Shown here: in pieces, positions 12,101-23,943 of the stretch | How positions within the stretch are numbered: the first letter of the stretch is position 1 | How the letters are laid out: every line of letters starts with the position of its first letter | DNA from: Fimicolochytrium jonesii | Lineage: Eukaryota | Assembly: GCF_025526975.1 (NCBI RefSeq) | Contig: NW_026515669.1 | Coordinates: 186,001-250,000 of the forward strand | Direction: 5' to 3' | DNA length: 64,000 bases | Translations under genes and position numbers: made by a program | Notes under the pieces: model-generated | Databases searched by the model: none | What the model saw: the letters and a program-made list of their open reading frames with translations, nothing else | Told to the model about the DNA's origin: nothing

Positions 12101-13762
12101 TTTGCGCGCACCGACGATCTCTGGGGTCGACCCTTTACGCAGGGCGAGGATCTCCACAGCAGAGCCCTTTCTCGACCCACGCTCTGGTATTGAGCCTTTG
12201 CGCACGGGAAAGTCAGGTGCTAACGAACGTTTGCGGGCGTCTGCGCTCAGATTTCTTCCAGGTTCGGTATCCTCACGCGTCCAGTCGAAGGGTCCGGGGT
12301 GTGGGTGTGGGGATGCAAGGGGGCTACGGGGACTGCGGGGACTGCGGGGTGGGTACTGGTTGTGGGGTTGTTCGAACGAGGGGGGGCTGATATGTAACCG
12401 CGGGCGTGGCCTTGCTGGTCGTTGTCCGCTGTTACTTCTTTCGAGCCTTTCCTCGAACCTTCCTTCGGGGGAATTCCCGACGGACCCTTGCACGTGCGCC
12501 TGCTGCTGCCATTGCAGCGTCTGCATGTGATGTTGCTGCTGATGCTGATACTGTTGCTGCTGGTGCGACATGTGCGGATGCCCCATGGGATGAGGTTGTG
12601 GCAGAATTGGCATGGGTAAGGCTGGATCAACCGCCATGGGTATCGATGTTCCAAAAAGCGCAGCGGCGCTAAGTGCTTGAGCCCTTCCGTTGATGGCAGC
12701 GGGGTAATCCTCATCCCTGTTCCCTCGCCCTGGGACTGGCACTACCATCCCACCGCCTAACGACGAAGATGAGCTGTGAACGCTTAGATTGCCTTTGTGA
12801 TCTAGCCGCGTGCGGATAGGTGTCCGCGACATCGCATCGTCGCTCCCAGTGGACGGGTCATCCCCAATCATGCGGTTATCCATCGCTTCCCGAAATGCTG
12901 TGTTGGCATGCGGTCTCCGCCTCGATTCGAAAGCCGATGCACTTCGTTGGATTGGTTCTGACCGAGTCGGCGCTGAATTTGAGGTCAAATCCTGCTCATC
13001 GTCCTCGTTGTCGCTCATAGCCGCGGCGGCCATAGCGAAAGCGGCATGCACAATAGCAGCCTCACCGAATTCGGTAGGCCGTCGCGCCGACCTCCAAACC
13101 GTTTTCCGGCGCTCACTTCGCTGGCGAGCCATCGACTCCAGATCGGTGATTCGCCCCGCATCATTTGAAGCCGCCGGCGGTGCACTGCCAATCAATTTTG
13201 CGCCCCTCCTATCCTCTTCCACCTTCCTCAGTTTCCGTTCGAAGGTGGTTTCGTTGAGTTCCTCTGCCTCCTTTTGCAGTTGCAGTTCCTCCTCCTTCCG
13301 CCGCAGCATAACTGATATCCGCTCCATTTGCGCCAACCCCTGGTAGCCTGCTGGATACAGTAAGGGCGCCGGTGGACTAAAGCTCGGCGTAAAGTCAGCA
13401 GCTGGTTGCGTGTGGATGTTGAAGTGTAAGGACGTCGTTGGCGGTGGATAGGAGAGGGCGAATTCGTGCGGCTGGGTGTGGTGGTAGCTTGAAGGTTGAG
13501 CAGGCAGCGGAATAGACGACGTAGGGCTCCACGGACCAGGAGAGACTAGTTCGTCCAGTGTGAGCTTCCCCTGGCTGCTGGGTATGGACAAGGAGGAAGG
13601 TACAGCGGCGGTTGCTGCCGCTGCGACTGCTGGAGCTCCTGCCTCTTTTCGTTCTGTGCCTCGTTTTCTGAGAAACCCTACAGCCGCCGCCCTGTTGTTC
13701 TGCGGCTGCGGCTGCGGCTGCGGCTGCGAGGCACCTGTTGCTGGGTTCGTTTGTTGGCTCAT
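9137..13762 (-). CDS. Sec7-domain (Arf-GEF-like) protein with PH-like elements and long low-complexity regions, intronless
   Basis: Sec7 core (IAHFL..TPGLNKRQLGRFLG, IDESLRLFL, MRLPGDTAVIDRMLDAFA, LVFAVMELNADLHN) and PH-like strands (DRYLFLFTDMLVIAK). Likely start is MSQQ at 13762; the ORF track extends to 13978. Confidence 0.88.
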   Translation of the reverse strand: MSQQTNPATGASQPQPQPQPQNNRAAAVGFLRKRGTERKEAGAPAVAAAATAAVPSSLSIPSSQGKLTLDELVSPGPWSPTSSIPLPAQPSSYHHTQPHEFALSYPPPTTSLHFNIHTQPAADFTPSFSPPAPLLYPAGYQGLAQMERISVMLRRKEEELQLQKEAEELNETTFERKLRKVEEDRRGAKLIGSAPPAASNDAGRITDLESMARQRSERRKTVWRSARRPTEFGEAAIVHAAFAMAAAAMSDNEDDEQDLTSNSAPTRSEPIQRSASAFESRRRPHANTAFREAMDNRMIGDDPSTGSDDAMSRTPIRTRLDHKGNLSVHSSSSSLGGGMVVPVPGRGNRDEDYPAAINGRAQALSAAALFGTSIPMAVDPALPMPILPQPHPMGHPHMSHQQQQYQHQQQHHMQTLQWQQQAHVQGSVGNSPEGRFEERLERSNSGQRPARPRPRLHISPPSFEQPHNQYPPRSPRSPRSPLASPHPHPGPFDWTREDTEPGRNLSADARKRSLAPDFPVRKGSIPERGSRKGSAVEILALRKGSTPEIVGARKGSVTADIVGVRKTSTPELNESRTRAKTPDLLTIRKTKVARSDVAAARFGSSLDSGQERLLPQLYTHQRSAVAQLDTASEPPTPRVAGDRPVEPTRLDNVSYSTSGSVLAMMVPIDGLLESSTYISRSESCSTSSSSIPPLPLLEPSRKFLHQGRAWQVITTSTVKDRYLFLFTDMLVIAKQLSDDPINPLNSTYQIKNIMPLNTTNHNAQLVLKDERWNYTARVPSPAVRTTVKKFGANPIKAIAYILAKRAFPCTPDAIAHFLHVTPGLNKRQLGRFLGVLEHADILQAFLSTFPFKNQRIDESLRLFLSTMRLPGDTAVIDRMLDAFARQWFHANKDGRGHTADLHPNIILRLVFAVMELNADLHNTYPTSSSATSPTTVVEDDTHPAPPPRVTSREFIDRFRTTIRAEAVAAGGYNGVPLPYSTGISTTTLAEVYDSVRREKVEMAEVDADAGGKVGVLVEVAGGGGGSKGEVVYGGKRRPVFHSHSHHAAAEDAYVETDPHHHPQPYNEEDAADEPAERADENEVDTNGTPDDDLTIPPFPSRLTLKHTSPPISISIPFPDPRLRIHLYGQDLLFTPAVLTFATSNTATFTVKGTGLGRKIVFMYKRGGTARRYRMTPATRQITIEPAFLRHSFQLTFWSGAVGGNERSGSGRAGGGFKARSHNGNGSSTTLPMMHRLDSTLELPMLASPVAARDAAAANAATKKKYLFTVSDFETRAAWMEAFAVAGLVPSMGARARGTVGDAAGGANMHEGYHRSVRSHHELHRQQQPQQHSFSAHSHHHRAMASQQQQQPQRNPQRDPAHYPTYSATYTYPTAPNSPQPPPHHSSKSSQYPQPQHHHISHPLSTQPPPTSPATVLHHPHLTSPPPPTKRKHHPTKTVSVATTLSSTSSSSNSSSTTTTTTTSTSTSTSTTLTTTAKSSAYSLTDSDTLPSHVAHRVLKEAVLPVDKVVTAQQLVRSVLGSARVEVLLGFLREGGVMDTWV

Positions 13763-15115
13763 GCTGTGCCGAGGAACGTATGTATATGTGAGTGGGGAAT
13801 GAGGCTTGCACGGCTGGGAGCGAGCGCAGTCAGCGGGAATGCCGAGGGAATGAATTGTCTTTTGCCCGCGTTGAGGTCTGGCGGGGAGTCTCAGTTCTGT
13901 GGGAGTGGTTTTGTCCAGGTTTGTATCATACAGTGCAGCGAGCGGGCGTCTATATATGTCTATAGTGCATGCAGCCACGCAGCTAGCCGGTAATGCCCGA
14001 GGTCAATGGGGGTTGGTTGTGTGTTTGGGAGAGGTGTTGTGGGGTTCAGCCGCCAGCCAGCCTGCCTCCTCCATCGTCCAGTTGCTTGCTGATGTTCGTT
14101 GTCCGTTGGAAGCGCATCCCTTTGCGCAGGGCAGAAGTCATTGGCAGAATAGGGCGATTGTGAATGACTCGTGCGGTGAGACACGCTGACACGCATCCCT
14201 CCCTCCCTGCTCGCTCCTCCCACCGGGCGTGCTTTCGCTCCCGAGTTCCTGGGCGCGCATTGGGACCCGCAACTTCAAAAGAACTACCTTGGGCCTCGGT
14301 TGCGGAGACGCCGCTGCCCAGACTCACGGGACAATGACACAATCCTCGTTGGGGGCTTTTCTGGGTTGTTGCTTTTCGTGAGGTTGCCTTCCTTGCTGCA
14401 TCCCCGTCGGTTGATCCGAGTGACCGCTTTTGCCGACTCATCACAACTTCACTCGTCGCGCTGAGGCCGCTCTGGCTGCACATGCATCTCTGCGGTATAT
14501 ATGCATACGAGAAGGACGTAAGTATAGTATCTTCCCCGTCCCTTGTGTGCATATACTGTGCATCTCGACGCCCTGTGTGAACAATTGAACGATATCCTGA
14601 ATCGTGAGCGATCATAAAATGCTTCCTTTTGCATATATGGATGTAATGCACATGCAGCCTGTGCCGACGACGGTGAGAGTAATGAATTTGAATGTATGAG
14701 AGTATCCGAAGGCATGTCCATCACAGCTGTCGATATCATGTATCCGGCGAAAGGATGGGTGGATGCCACTGGATGGGGAGCTCATCTTGAAAAACGCGTA
14801 AAAGATCTCAATAGATCTTTGCAGATGGCGCAGTCACCAACCATTTCCGCTGACATAAGCGTGACTCATACCCCTCGCATCGCCCGGGCTCGCTCCCCCT
14901 TTTCTTCAGGCCTTTTTTTCGCCTCAACTTTCCCCAATTCCGACAATCCAGTCGGCCGAAGGCACAGCGTAGTAGTAGAAAGTAGAAGGTCGTCTCACGT
15001 CTCTCTTCCGAAAACCACGTCGCTAGCCTGGAAAACCTCTCTCAAAGAAGTGTGAAGAGTCAGACCTGCGTCTCATCCTTTGCGAAAACTCCCCCACTGG
15101 GATAAAGAGGTGAAA

Positions 15116-18100
15116 ATGACCCAGATTGAGCTCGCCCCCCCAACCCCGGCGGTTGCTGCTGATGATGTGACAACGACAACGACGGCGACTGTCACCGCAA
15201 CAGCACAGCAGACCTTGGTTCCGCCGACCGCAGCTCCCCCACCCAACGCAAAAGAGCCTGTTACCGCCACTCTGCTGCTCAACGATGGCACCGCGTTTCA
15301 AGGATACTCTTTCGGAGCTGAGAAGCAGTCGGTCGCAGGAGAGTGTGTCTTCCAAACAGGTATGCTTTCCCTCCAGAAGGCAATGCTTGCTGCGACAAAA
15401 ATGATGGGCTTTTGCGAGCTGCAGGAACGGTGTTCTCAACTCTGTATTCCTAGGGATGGTCGGTTATCCGGAATCCGTGACGGACCCTTCCTACCGAGGA
15501 CAGATTCTTGTGTTGACCTTCCCACTCGTCGGAAACTACGGAGTCCCCTCGCGCACCGTTGTTGATGCTCATTTGAACAATTTGCAAAAGTACTTTGAAT
15601 CCACCGAGATTCACGTCGCGGCGTTGATTGTCGCCCACTATTCATACGACTACTCTCACTACTTGGCACAATCCTCCCTTTCCGAATGGTTGAAGGAAAA
15701 CAACGTGCCCGCTCTTTACGCCATCGACACTCGCGCGTTGACAAAGAAGATCCGCACAAAGGGTGCCCTGCTCGGCAAAGTCCTCTTCCCTAAAAGTCTC
15801 GTCGGCGAAGGCGAAAAGCCTGACGCCGAAGAAGCCGCGCGTTTTCCTTGGATCAAAGATTTCTCCGATCTTGCGTGGCACGACCCCAACACCCGTAACC
15901 TCGTCGCTGAGGTCTCGCGCAAGCAGCCTGTCGTTTACACTCCTCCTTCGGACCAAGCCAACATCGTCAGAAAGAAGAACGGAAAGATTCTCCGCGTGCT
16001 TGCCGTTGACGTCGGGCTGAAAAACAACCAGATCCGATGCTTTATCAAGCGAGGTGTGGAAGTCAAAGTCGTTCCCTGGGACTACGACTTTATCTCTGGC
16101 GACCGTGACTTTGACGGTATCTTCATCAGCAACGGGCCTGGTGATCCGGTCACGCTGAAGCCAACCATTGAGCGCCTGGCTCAGCAAATGAAGTTGGCCG
16201 ATAAGCCCATGTTTGGTATCTGTCTCGGACACCAGTTGATCGCCCTGGCCAGCGGCGCGACCACCAAGAAAATGAAGTACGGAAACCGTGGACACAACAT
16301 CCCTTGCACAAACAAGCAGACCGGTCGCTGCTACATCACATCTCAGAACCACGGTTACTGTGTCGATGTCGCGACACTAACCCCCGGATGGGTCGAATAC
16401 TTTGTAAACGCCAACGACGGCTCGAACGAAGGAATCACCCACGAGACTCTACCCTACTTCAGCGTACAGTTCCACCCCGAATCCACTCCTGGTCCCTGGG
16501 ACACGGAATACCTGTTCGACAGATTCATCAAGTCTGCCGAGGACTGCGCAAACGCCGGAAAGCTCCTCCCCTTGCCTGCCGAACCCAAGCCCCCGGCAGC
16601 TATCAGACAACGACCGCGAAAGGTCCTGATTCTCGGCTCAGGCGGTTTGTCGATCGGACAAGCCGGTGAATTCGACTACTCCGGTTCCCAGGCCATCAAG
16701 GCGCTGAAGGAAGAGGGCATCTACACGATTTTGATCAACCCCAACATCGCCACCATTCAGACCTCGCAAGGTCTTGCGGATAAGGTTTATTTCTTGCCTG
16801 TGACCCCAGACTTTGTCCGCAAGGTCATCAAGCACGAGAAGCCTGACGGTATATACTGCACGTTCGGTGGACAGACAGCGCTGAACGTTGGTGTGAAGCT
16901 GAAGGATGAGTTTGAGGAGCTTGGAGTTACTGTTCTTGGTACGCCTATCAGCACCATTGAGGTTACTGAAGACCGTGACCTGTTCGCCCAAACTATGGCG
17001 GAGATTGGGGAGAAGTGCGCCAAGAGTGAAAGTGCCAATACCATCGAGGAAGCCATGGCTGCCGGAACGCGCATCGGGTTCCCTCTGATCATCCGTGCAG
17101 CGTACGCACTCGGCGGTCTAGGCTCCGGCTTCGCAGACAACGAGCAAGAACTGCTCGCCCTCTGCACAAAAGCCTTCGCCACCTCCCCCCAAGTGCTCGT
17201 AGAGCGCTCCATGAAAGGATGGAAGGAGATCGAGTACGAGGTTGTCCGTGACGCGAGCGACAACTGCATCACGGTCTGCAACATGGAGAACTTTGATCCG
17301 CTCGGAATCCACACCGGAGACTCCATCGTCGTTGCGCCCTCCCAGACGCTGTCCGACGAGGATTACATGATGCTCAGGCGGACGGCCGTCAATGTCATTC
17401 GTCATTTGGGTGTCATTGGGGAATGTAACATCCAGTACGCGCTCAACCCGGTGTCGAAGGAGTACTGCATCATCGAGGTGAACGCGCGTTTGTCGAGGAG
17501 TTCCGCGCTCGCTAGTAAGGCTACGGGTTACCCACTGGCGTTCGTCGCTGCTAAACTTGGGCTCGGGATCCCGCTTACGGAAGTCAAGAACAGCGTCACG
17601 AAGAAGACCATTGCGTGCTTTGAGCCGTCATTGGACTATGTTGTGGTCAAGATCCCGCGATGGGATTTGAAGAAGTTCAACCGTGTCAGCACGAAAGTCG
17701 GAAGCGCCATGAAGAGTGTGGGCGAGGTCATGGCCATCGGCCGGAACTTTGAAGAGACGATCCAGAAAGCTATCCGGTCCGTTGACTATGCACTGGCCGG
17801 TTTCGCCGAGAACGATATTGTGCACGCCGATCTGGACGAGGAATTGCGGCACCCGTCTGACCAGCGCTTGTTTGCCGTCGCGAAGGCTCTGCACAGTGGG
17901 TATAGCGTTGACCAGATCTGGAAGCTTACCAACATCGACAAGTGGTTCTTGAACAAGCTGAAGGGGATTGTCGACCTCGACAAGCATATGGCCACTTTGA
18001 CACCCAGCACCGTGACGCCGTCCCTGATCAAGTTCGCCAAGCAGACGGGGTTCTCTGACCGTCAGATCGCCGATGCGATCGGCACCACAGAGTTGGGGGT

Positions 18101-21100
18101 GCGAAAGATCAGGACGGACTGGGGCATCACCCCGTTCGTCAAGCAGATCGACACGGTCGCCGCCGAGTTCCCTTGCTACACGAACTACCTGTACATGACG
18201 TACAACGCCGCCGAGCACGATGTGAGTTTCGAAGACAAGGGCGTCATGGTCCTCGGATCCGGAGTCTACCGCATCGGGAGCAGTGTCGAATTTGACTGGT
18301 GCGCCGTGCGTTGTATCCGCACCCTCCGCGAGTACGGGATCAAGACCATCATGGTCAACTACAACCCCGAGACGGTGTCCACGGACTACGACGAGGCCGA
18401 CAGGCTCTACTTTGAGACCCTGACCCTCGAGCGTGTGCTGGATATCTACCAGATCGAGACCGCCAACGGAGTCGTCGTCTCCATGGGCGGGCAGTCTCCC
18501 AACAACATCGCCTTACCTTTACACCGCATGAACGTCAACATCCTCGGAACCAGCCCGGAGATGATCGACAGCGCAGAGAACCGGTACAAGTTCTCTCGGC
18601 TCTTGGACAAGATCGGCGTCGACCAGCCGCTGTGGAAGGAACTGACTTCCATCGACGAAGCGACGCAGTTCTGTGAGAAGGTCGGATTCCCTGTGCTTGT
18701 CAGGCCGTCGTACGTCCTCTCGGGGGCGGCGATGAACGTCGTGTACTCCCTGAACGATCTGAGGAGCTACCTCGACCTCGCCGTGCAAGTCTCGCGCGAC
18801 TACCCCGTCGTCATCTCCAAGTTCATTGAAGAGGCCAAGGAGATCGAGATGGACGCTGTTGCGCATAACGGGAAGCTTATCATGCACGTCATATCCGAGC
18901 ACGTTGAGAACGCCGGTGTGCACTCTGGTGATGCCACACTGGTCTTGCCGCCCCAGGATCTGGACCCGGAAACGGTCCGCAAGATTGTGGACGCAACGCG
19001 CAAGATCGGACAAGCTTTGAACGTCACGGGACCGTACAACATCCAGTTCATTGCAAAGAACAACGAGATCAAGGTTATTGAGTGTAATGTCCGTGCGTCG
19101 CGGTCGTTCCCGTTCTGCTCAAAAGTGCTCGGCGTCGACTTGATTGAGCTCGCTACCAAGGCGATGACGGGACAGACTTATGAAGCGTACCCACCCGTCG
19201 AGACCCGCAGCGATTATGTGGCTATCAAGGTGCCCCAGTTCAGTTTCTCGCGGTTGGCGGGCGCTGACCCCATCTTGGGTGTCGAGATGGCGTCTACTGG
19301 CGAAGTCGCTTGTTTCGGACGTGACAAGTACGAGGCGTACATGAAGGCTCTGCTGGCCACCGGGTTCACCGTCCCCAAGAAGAACGTCCTGATCTCTATT
19401 GGGAGTTTCAAGGAGAAGTTGGAGTTCTTGCCGTCAGTGCAGAAACTGCATCAGTTGGGATACAACCTCTTTGCGACCACCGGTACCGCCGATTTCATCC
19501 AGGAGCACGGGATTCCCGTGCAGTACCTCGAAGCGCTGGACGACTCCACCGCACACCTCCCGCAACAGAAGCTGGAATACAGTTTAACCCAGCACCTGGC
19601 CAACAACCTCATCGACCTGTACATCAACCTCCCGTCCAAGAACCGCTTCCGTCGTCCCGCCAGCTACATGAGTCGCGGGTACCGGTCCCGCCGTATGGCC
19701 GTCGACTTTGCGGTGCCGCTCATCACGAACGTTAAATGCGCAAAACTCTTCATCGAAGCCCTTGGCAGGTGGAGCGGGATCGACGAGTTCCAGGTCAGCG
19801 AGATCGACTACCAGACCAGTTTCCGCACCGTTCGTCTCCCCGGTTTGATCAACGTCAGGAGCCTGCTGGATGTCGAAGGGGCGGGCGACCTGAGCTCCAT
19901 CACCAAGGACGCCGTCAGCGGCGGGTTCACCATGGTCTGCGGTGTCGGCGAGCAGAGCAGCGTGAAGAAGGGTACACGCGCGCACTGCGATTACGCCGTC
20001 TCCACCATCGCCACCTCCGCCAACGTCAACAAGATCCAGCTGGGGACCAACACCTCCATGAGTCTGTACATTGGGCTCGGGAAAGGCCGGTTGGAGAAAC
20101 TGACCGATTTGGCGGCCCATCTGCATAACTGGCCCCGTGATAGCCCGATTGTTGCGTGTGCTAAGGAAACGGATCTTGCGTCTGTGCTCTTCCTTGCTAA
20201 CTTGCACAGCCGGCCTATCCATATCACCAACCTCCGCACTGCCGCCGATATCGCGCTGATCGTCCTCTCGAAGGAGAAGGGGGTGGAGGTCACCTGCGAT
20301 GTTTGTGTTGAGACTTTGTTCTTGGACCCGAAGGAGACAGGCGTTGAGCAGGCGGATGTGAATGCGTTGTGGGAGAATCTGGAGCATGTGGATGTGTTCT
20401 CTGTTCTTGGCAGGGAGACGACCAATGCGCTGCCGCGGTTGCTTTCGGCGGTTGCGGATGGACGGCTCACCGTGGATGATATCACGGCGAAGTTGTATGA
20501 GAATCCGAGCAGAATCTTTGGTGTGCCGTCGCAGAAGGATACTTACGTCGAGGTGAGTTTGTCTGATGCATTCTTCCTAGGGTGAGGGTAGGATACTAAT
20601 AGTAGAATGCAGGTTGAGATCCAAAGGAAGTTAGAGGTCGGCACCGGCGGTTTCGTCAGCCGCGTCGTGCTGCGCGGCGAGACCGTCTACCTCGATGGGA
20701 CAACGATCGAGGGACCCGCCGGAAAGGATATCACCGGATCCGTTCGCATTGCTGCTGCTCCCATTGTGCAGCGTGACAGCCGGAAGATGTCGGTCATGAT
20801 GGACCTGTTGCCCCGCAAGGAGACGGCGGCACTCCCTGTCCCCAAGAGCCCCAGCCGCGTGCGGTCGTCGGACGGGGAGAGCAAGAGGTCGTCGACTGAA
20901 GGATTGGATTCGGACGCTGCATTGGACAAAACACCCAACAGGGATTTGTTTGATGCAGGAAAGGGAAAGAAGAGTGTTGGCGCAGACCTCAACCCAAGCA
21001 GCCAATACATCTCGGACTACCTGTCGAGCTCCGCCTCCGCAGCCGTCGCCAAGTCGCCTTTCTTCCGCAAACACATCCTGTCCGTCAAGCAGTTCACCCG

Positions 21101-21983
21101 CCACGATCTCCACATGCTCTTTGGAGTCGCGCAGGAGATGCGCACCCTCGTGGAGCGATTCGGAACCGTCAATTTGCTCGCCGGCAAGGTGATGTGTTCG
21201 GCGTTCTGGGAGCCCAGCACGCGCACCAGCTGCTCCTTCACGGCTGCGTTCCAGAGGCTCGGCGGATCCGTCGTCAGCATGAACGAGGAAAACAGCTCGG
21301 TCAAGAAGGGAGAGTCGTTGGGTGACACTGTGCGGACGCTCAGCTGCTACGGAGACGTTATTGTCATGCGCCACCCTGCCCCCGGAAGTGCGCAATTGGC
21401 GTCCACGTACGCGACCGTGCCCATCCTCAATGCGGGAGATGGCGTCGGCGAGCACCCCACCCAGGCCTTCTTGGACACGTTCACGATCCGTGAAGAGCTG
21501 GGAACCGTCAACGGCCTGACGGTGACGATGGTGGGAGACTTGAAGAACGGCCGCACGGTGCACAGTCTGGTCCGTCTGCTCGCTCTCTACGACGTCAAGC
21601 TCAACTTTGTCTCCCCACCCACCCTCCGCATGCCCGAGGAGATCAAGGCGGAGGCCTCGAAAGCCAACCTCGTGTACAACGAGTACAACTCGATCGAGGA
21701 AGTCATCGCCACCACCGACGTCCTGTACGTGACGCGCATCCAAAAGGAGCGATTCGACTCGGTCGCCGAATACGACGCCGTCGCGAACGCATACGTGATC
21801 ACCAACAAGACTCTGCAGAGCGCGAAACGCAACATGATTGTCATGCACCCGCTCCCACGCGTCGCTGAGATCCACCCCGAGGTCGATTTCGACCAAAGGG
21901 CTGCGTACTTTAGGCAGATGCGGTATGGCCTGTTTGTGAGGATGGCGCTGTTGGCGCTGGTCTGTGGGAGGAGCAACAACTAG
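15116..21983 (+). CDS. URA2: Multifunctional pyrimidine synthesis protein (GATase-CPSase-pseudoDHO-ATCase), CAD-like; introns 15360-15453 and 20553-20612
   Basis: Motifs [74 protein letters not shown] and MHPLPR. GT-AG introns restore the frame. Confidence 0.97.
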
Positions 21984-22357
21984 AGAGATGGGGGCGCGGG
22001 GGAGGGAACGTTGGGACGGTATACACAACACAGAGAGAGACGCAGGTCGGCGTTTTTTTTTTAGGTTCCCCAAGCTAGAATTTTGTAGGAAAGGACTGAT
22101 ATTCTGACGACTTGTGAGGCTACACTGCTGCCGCCTATGTATTATTTTTTTATTCATCTCACTGCATCGGGTTCAATACATTTCTTTTTTGCACTGAGCT
22201 CTTTCTTTCTGCGTGGGGGTTCTTTCGTTGCCACTGTGTGGAGTGTTGGGTGTTGAGATGGCATGTGCGAAGAGAAGACGCGGCGCGCGGAACAACCCTC
22301 TGCGCTCTCACCCAACCCACCCACATTCCACTCCATTCCGCTATAAGCAACACAACA

Positions 22358-23834
22358 ATGGCCGCCCCAACGTCCGTCACCGCTCCAGCAACGGCCCTCG
22401 AGCCATACAAGCTCCACACGGACGCCGACTTCCCACCGCTGAAGAATGATCTTATCTTGCGGGTTATCCGTGGCGAGGACGTCGAGCGGGTGCCGGTGTG
22501 GATCATGCGGCAAGCTGGCCGCTACCTGCCAGGTGGGTTTGCCAAAACAAGGGGTGCCCGGGAACGAGAGCGCATCTGTTCGGGGGTCACCTAAGCAACT
22601 GGGCGGCATATTGTTAACCGCCTCTCACTCGCCAGAGTTCCGCGAAGAGCGAGCGAAACATGATTTCTTCACCGTCTGCCGCACGCCCGCCCTCGCGTGC
22701 CTCGTCACCCTGCAGCCCATCGACCGGTACGCCGGGCTGCTGGACGCCAGCATCATCTTCAGCGACATCCTCGTCATCCCGCAGGCGCTCGGGCTCGAGG
22801 TCCAGATGCTCCCCGGCAAAGGGCCGCATTTCCCCGAGCCGCTGGTCGACCCGTCCCATCTCGGCCGATTGAAGACGGATGTGGATGTCGAGCGGGAGCT
22901 GCGATATGTTATGGAGGCGATCACGTTGACGAGGAAGGGGTTGGAGGGGCGGTGTCCGTTGTTTGGGTTCGTGGGCGCGCCGTGGACGTTGATGGCGTAT
23001 ATGATTGAGGGTGGGGGGAGTAAGAACTTGAGTAAGGCGAAGACGTGGTTGGGACGGTGGCCGGAGGAGAGTAAGGAGCTGCTGCAGAGGGTGACGGATG
23101 TGGTTGTGGATCATCTGGTTGCGCAGGCTAAGGCGGGTGCTCAGGTGAGTTGCCGTCTGACTGAACGATTTGGGAAGGCTGCGGACGGCCTCTCTCTCTC
23201 TCTCCCTAGGCATCCCCGTTCACTCCATCGTTTCCCCTTCCCCCCTTTGTGATGTCCAGCTCCTCCAAGTCTTCGAATCCTGGGCCGGCGAACTCTCCCC
23301 GGACTATTTCGCAACCTTCGCGCTCCCCTACCTCCGCCAAATCCCCACCCGCGTCCGCGCCGCCCTGCACACCCTCTCCCCGACCCTCTCCCAAATCCCC
23401 ATCGTGGTCTTCGCCCGCGGCGCCCACTATGCCCTCGAATCCCTCTCCGCCCCGGGGATCCACTACGACGTCATCTCGCTGGACTGGACCATGGACCCCG
23501 TCGCTGCACGGAACCGGGTCGGGGAGACCATCACGCTGCAGGGGAACGCGGACCCGTGTCTGCTGTACGCGCCCAAGGAGACGATCAAGAAGGAGACGAG
23601 GCTGATGCTGGAGAAGTTTGGGACGAGGAGGCGGTATATTGCGAATCTGGGACACGGGATGTTGCCGGATCATGACCCCGAGCATTTGAGGGCTTATTTG
23701 GAGGCTATCGTACGTTGGGACTACCACCCCTCTCTCTGTCTTGTTCATTTTTTCTGTTATATCCGCCCGTGAAACTCATCACTATTGTCGTTCCTTTCCA
23801 ACAGCGCGACGTGTCTTCCGAACTCAATGCGTGA
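22358..23834 (+). CDS. HEM12: Uroporphyrinogen decarboxylase (4 exons)
   Basis: Motifs [63 protein letters not shown] and YIANLGHG. The last exon is 23805-23834. Confidence 0.95.
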
Positions 23835-23943
23835 GGCCCCCATGCCTCGCTTCCCAACACGTAGGATTCTAAATAGTCTCCCCATGTACAAGAGTATTCG
23901 AAAAACCCAACGTGGATAGATCGTAGTTAGTGCCCCCTCTATC

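Noticed and set aside
12320..13730. Short tandem repeats (GGGGACTGC, CTGCGG, CAG-type runs)
   Set aside because: They encode SPR, QP and poly-Q low-complexity protein segments, not independent elements.
13763..13978. 72-aa N-terminal extension of the Sec7 ORF in the ORF track
   Set aside because: It looks like UTR sequence; the downstream ATG at 13762 (MSQQ) is the more plausible start. Not proven.
14696..15055. ORF upstream of URA2 as a possible attenuator uORF
   Set aside because: No resemblance to the arginine attenuator peptide, which belongs to CPA1/arg-2 rather than URA2. It probably spans the promoter.
19584..22157. Long antisense ORFs (267 aa and 508 aa) over URA2
   Set aside because: Shadow frames caused by strong codon bias in a GC-rich gene; no recognisable motifs.
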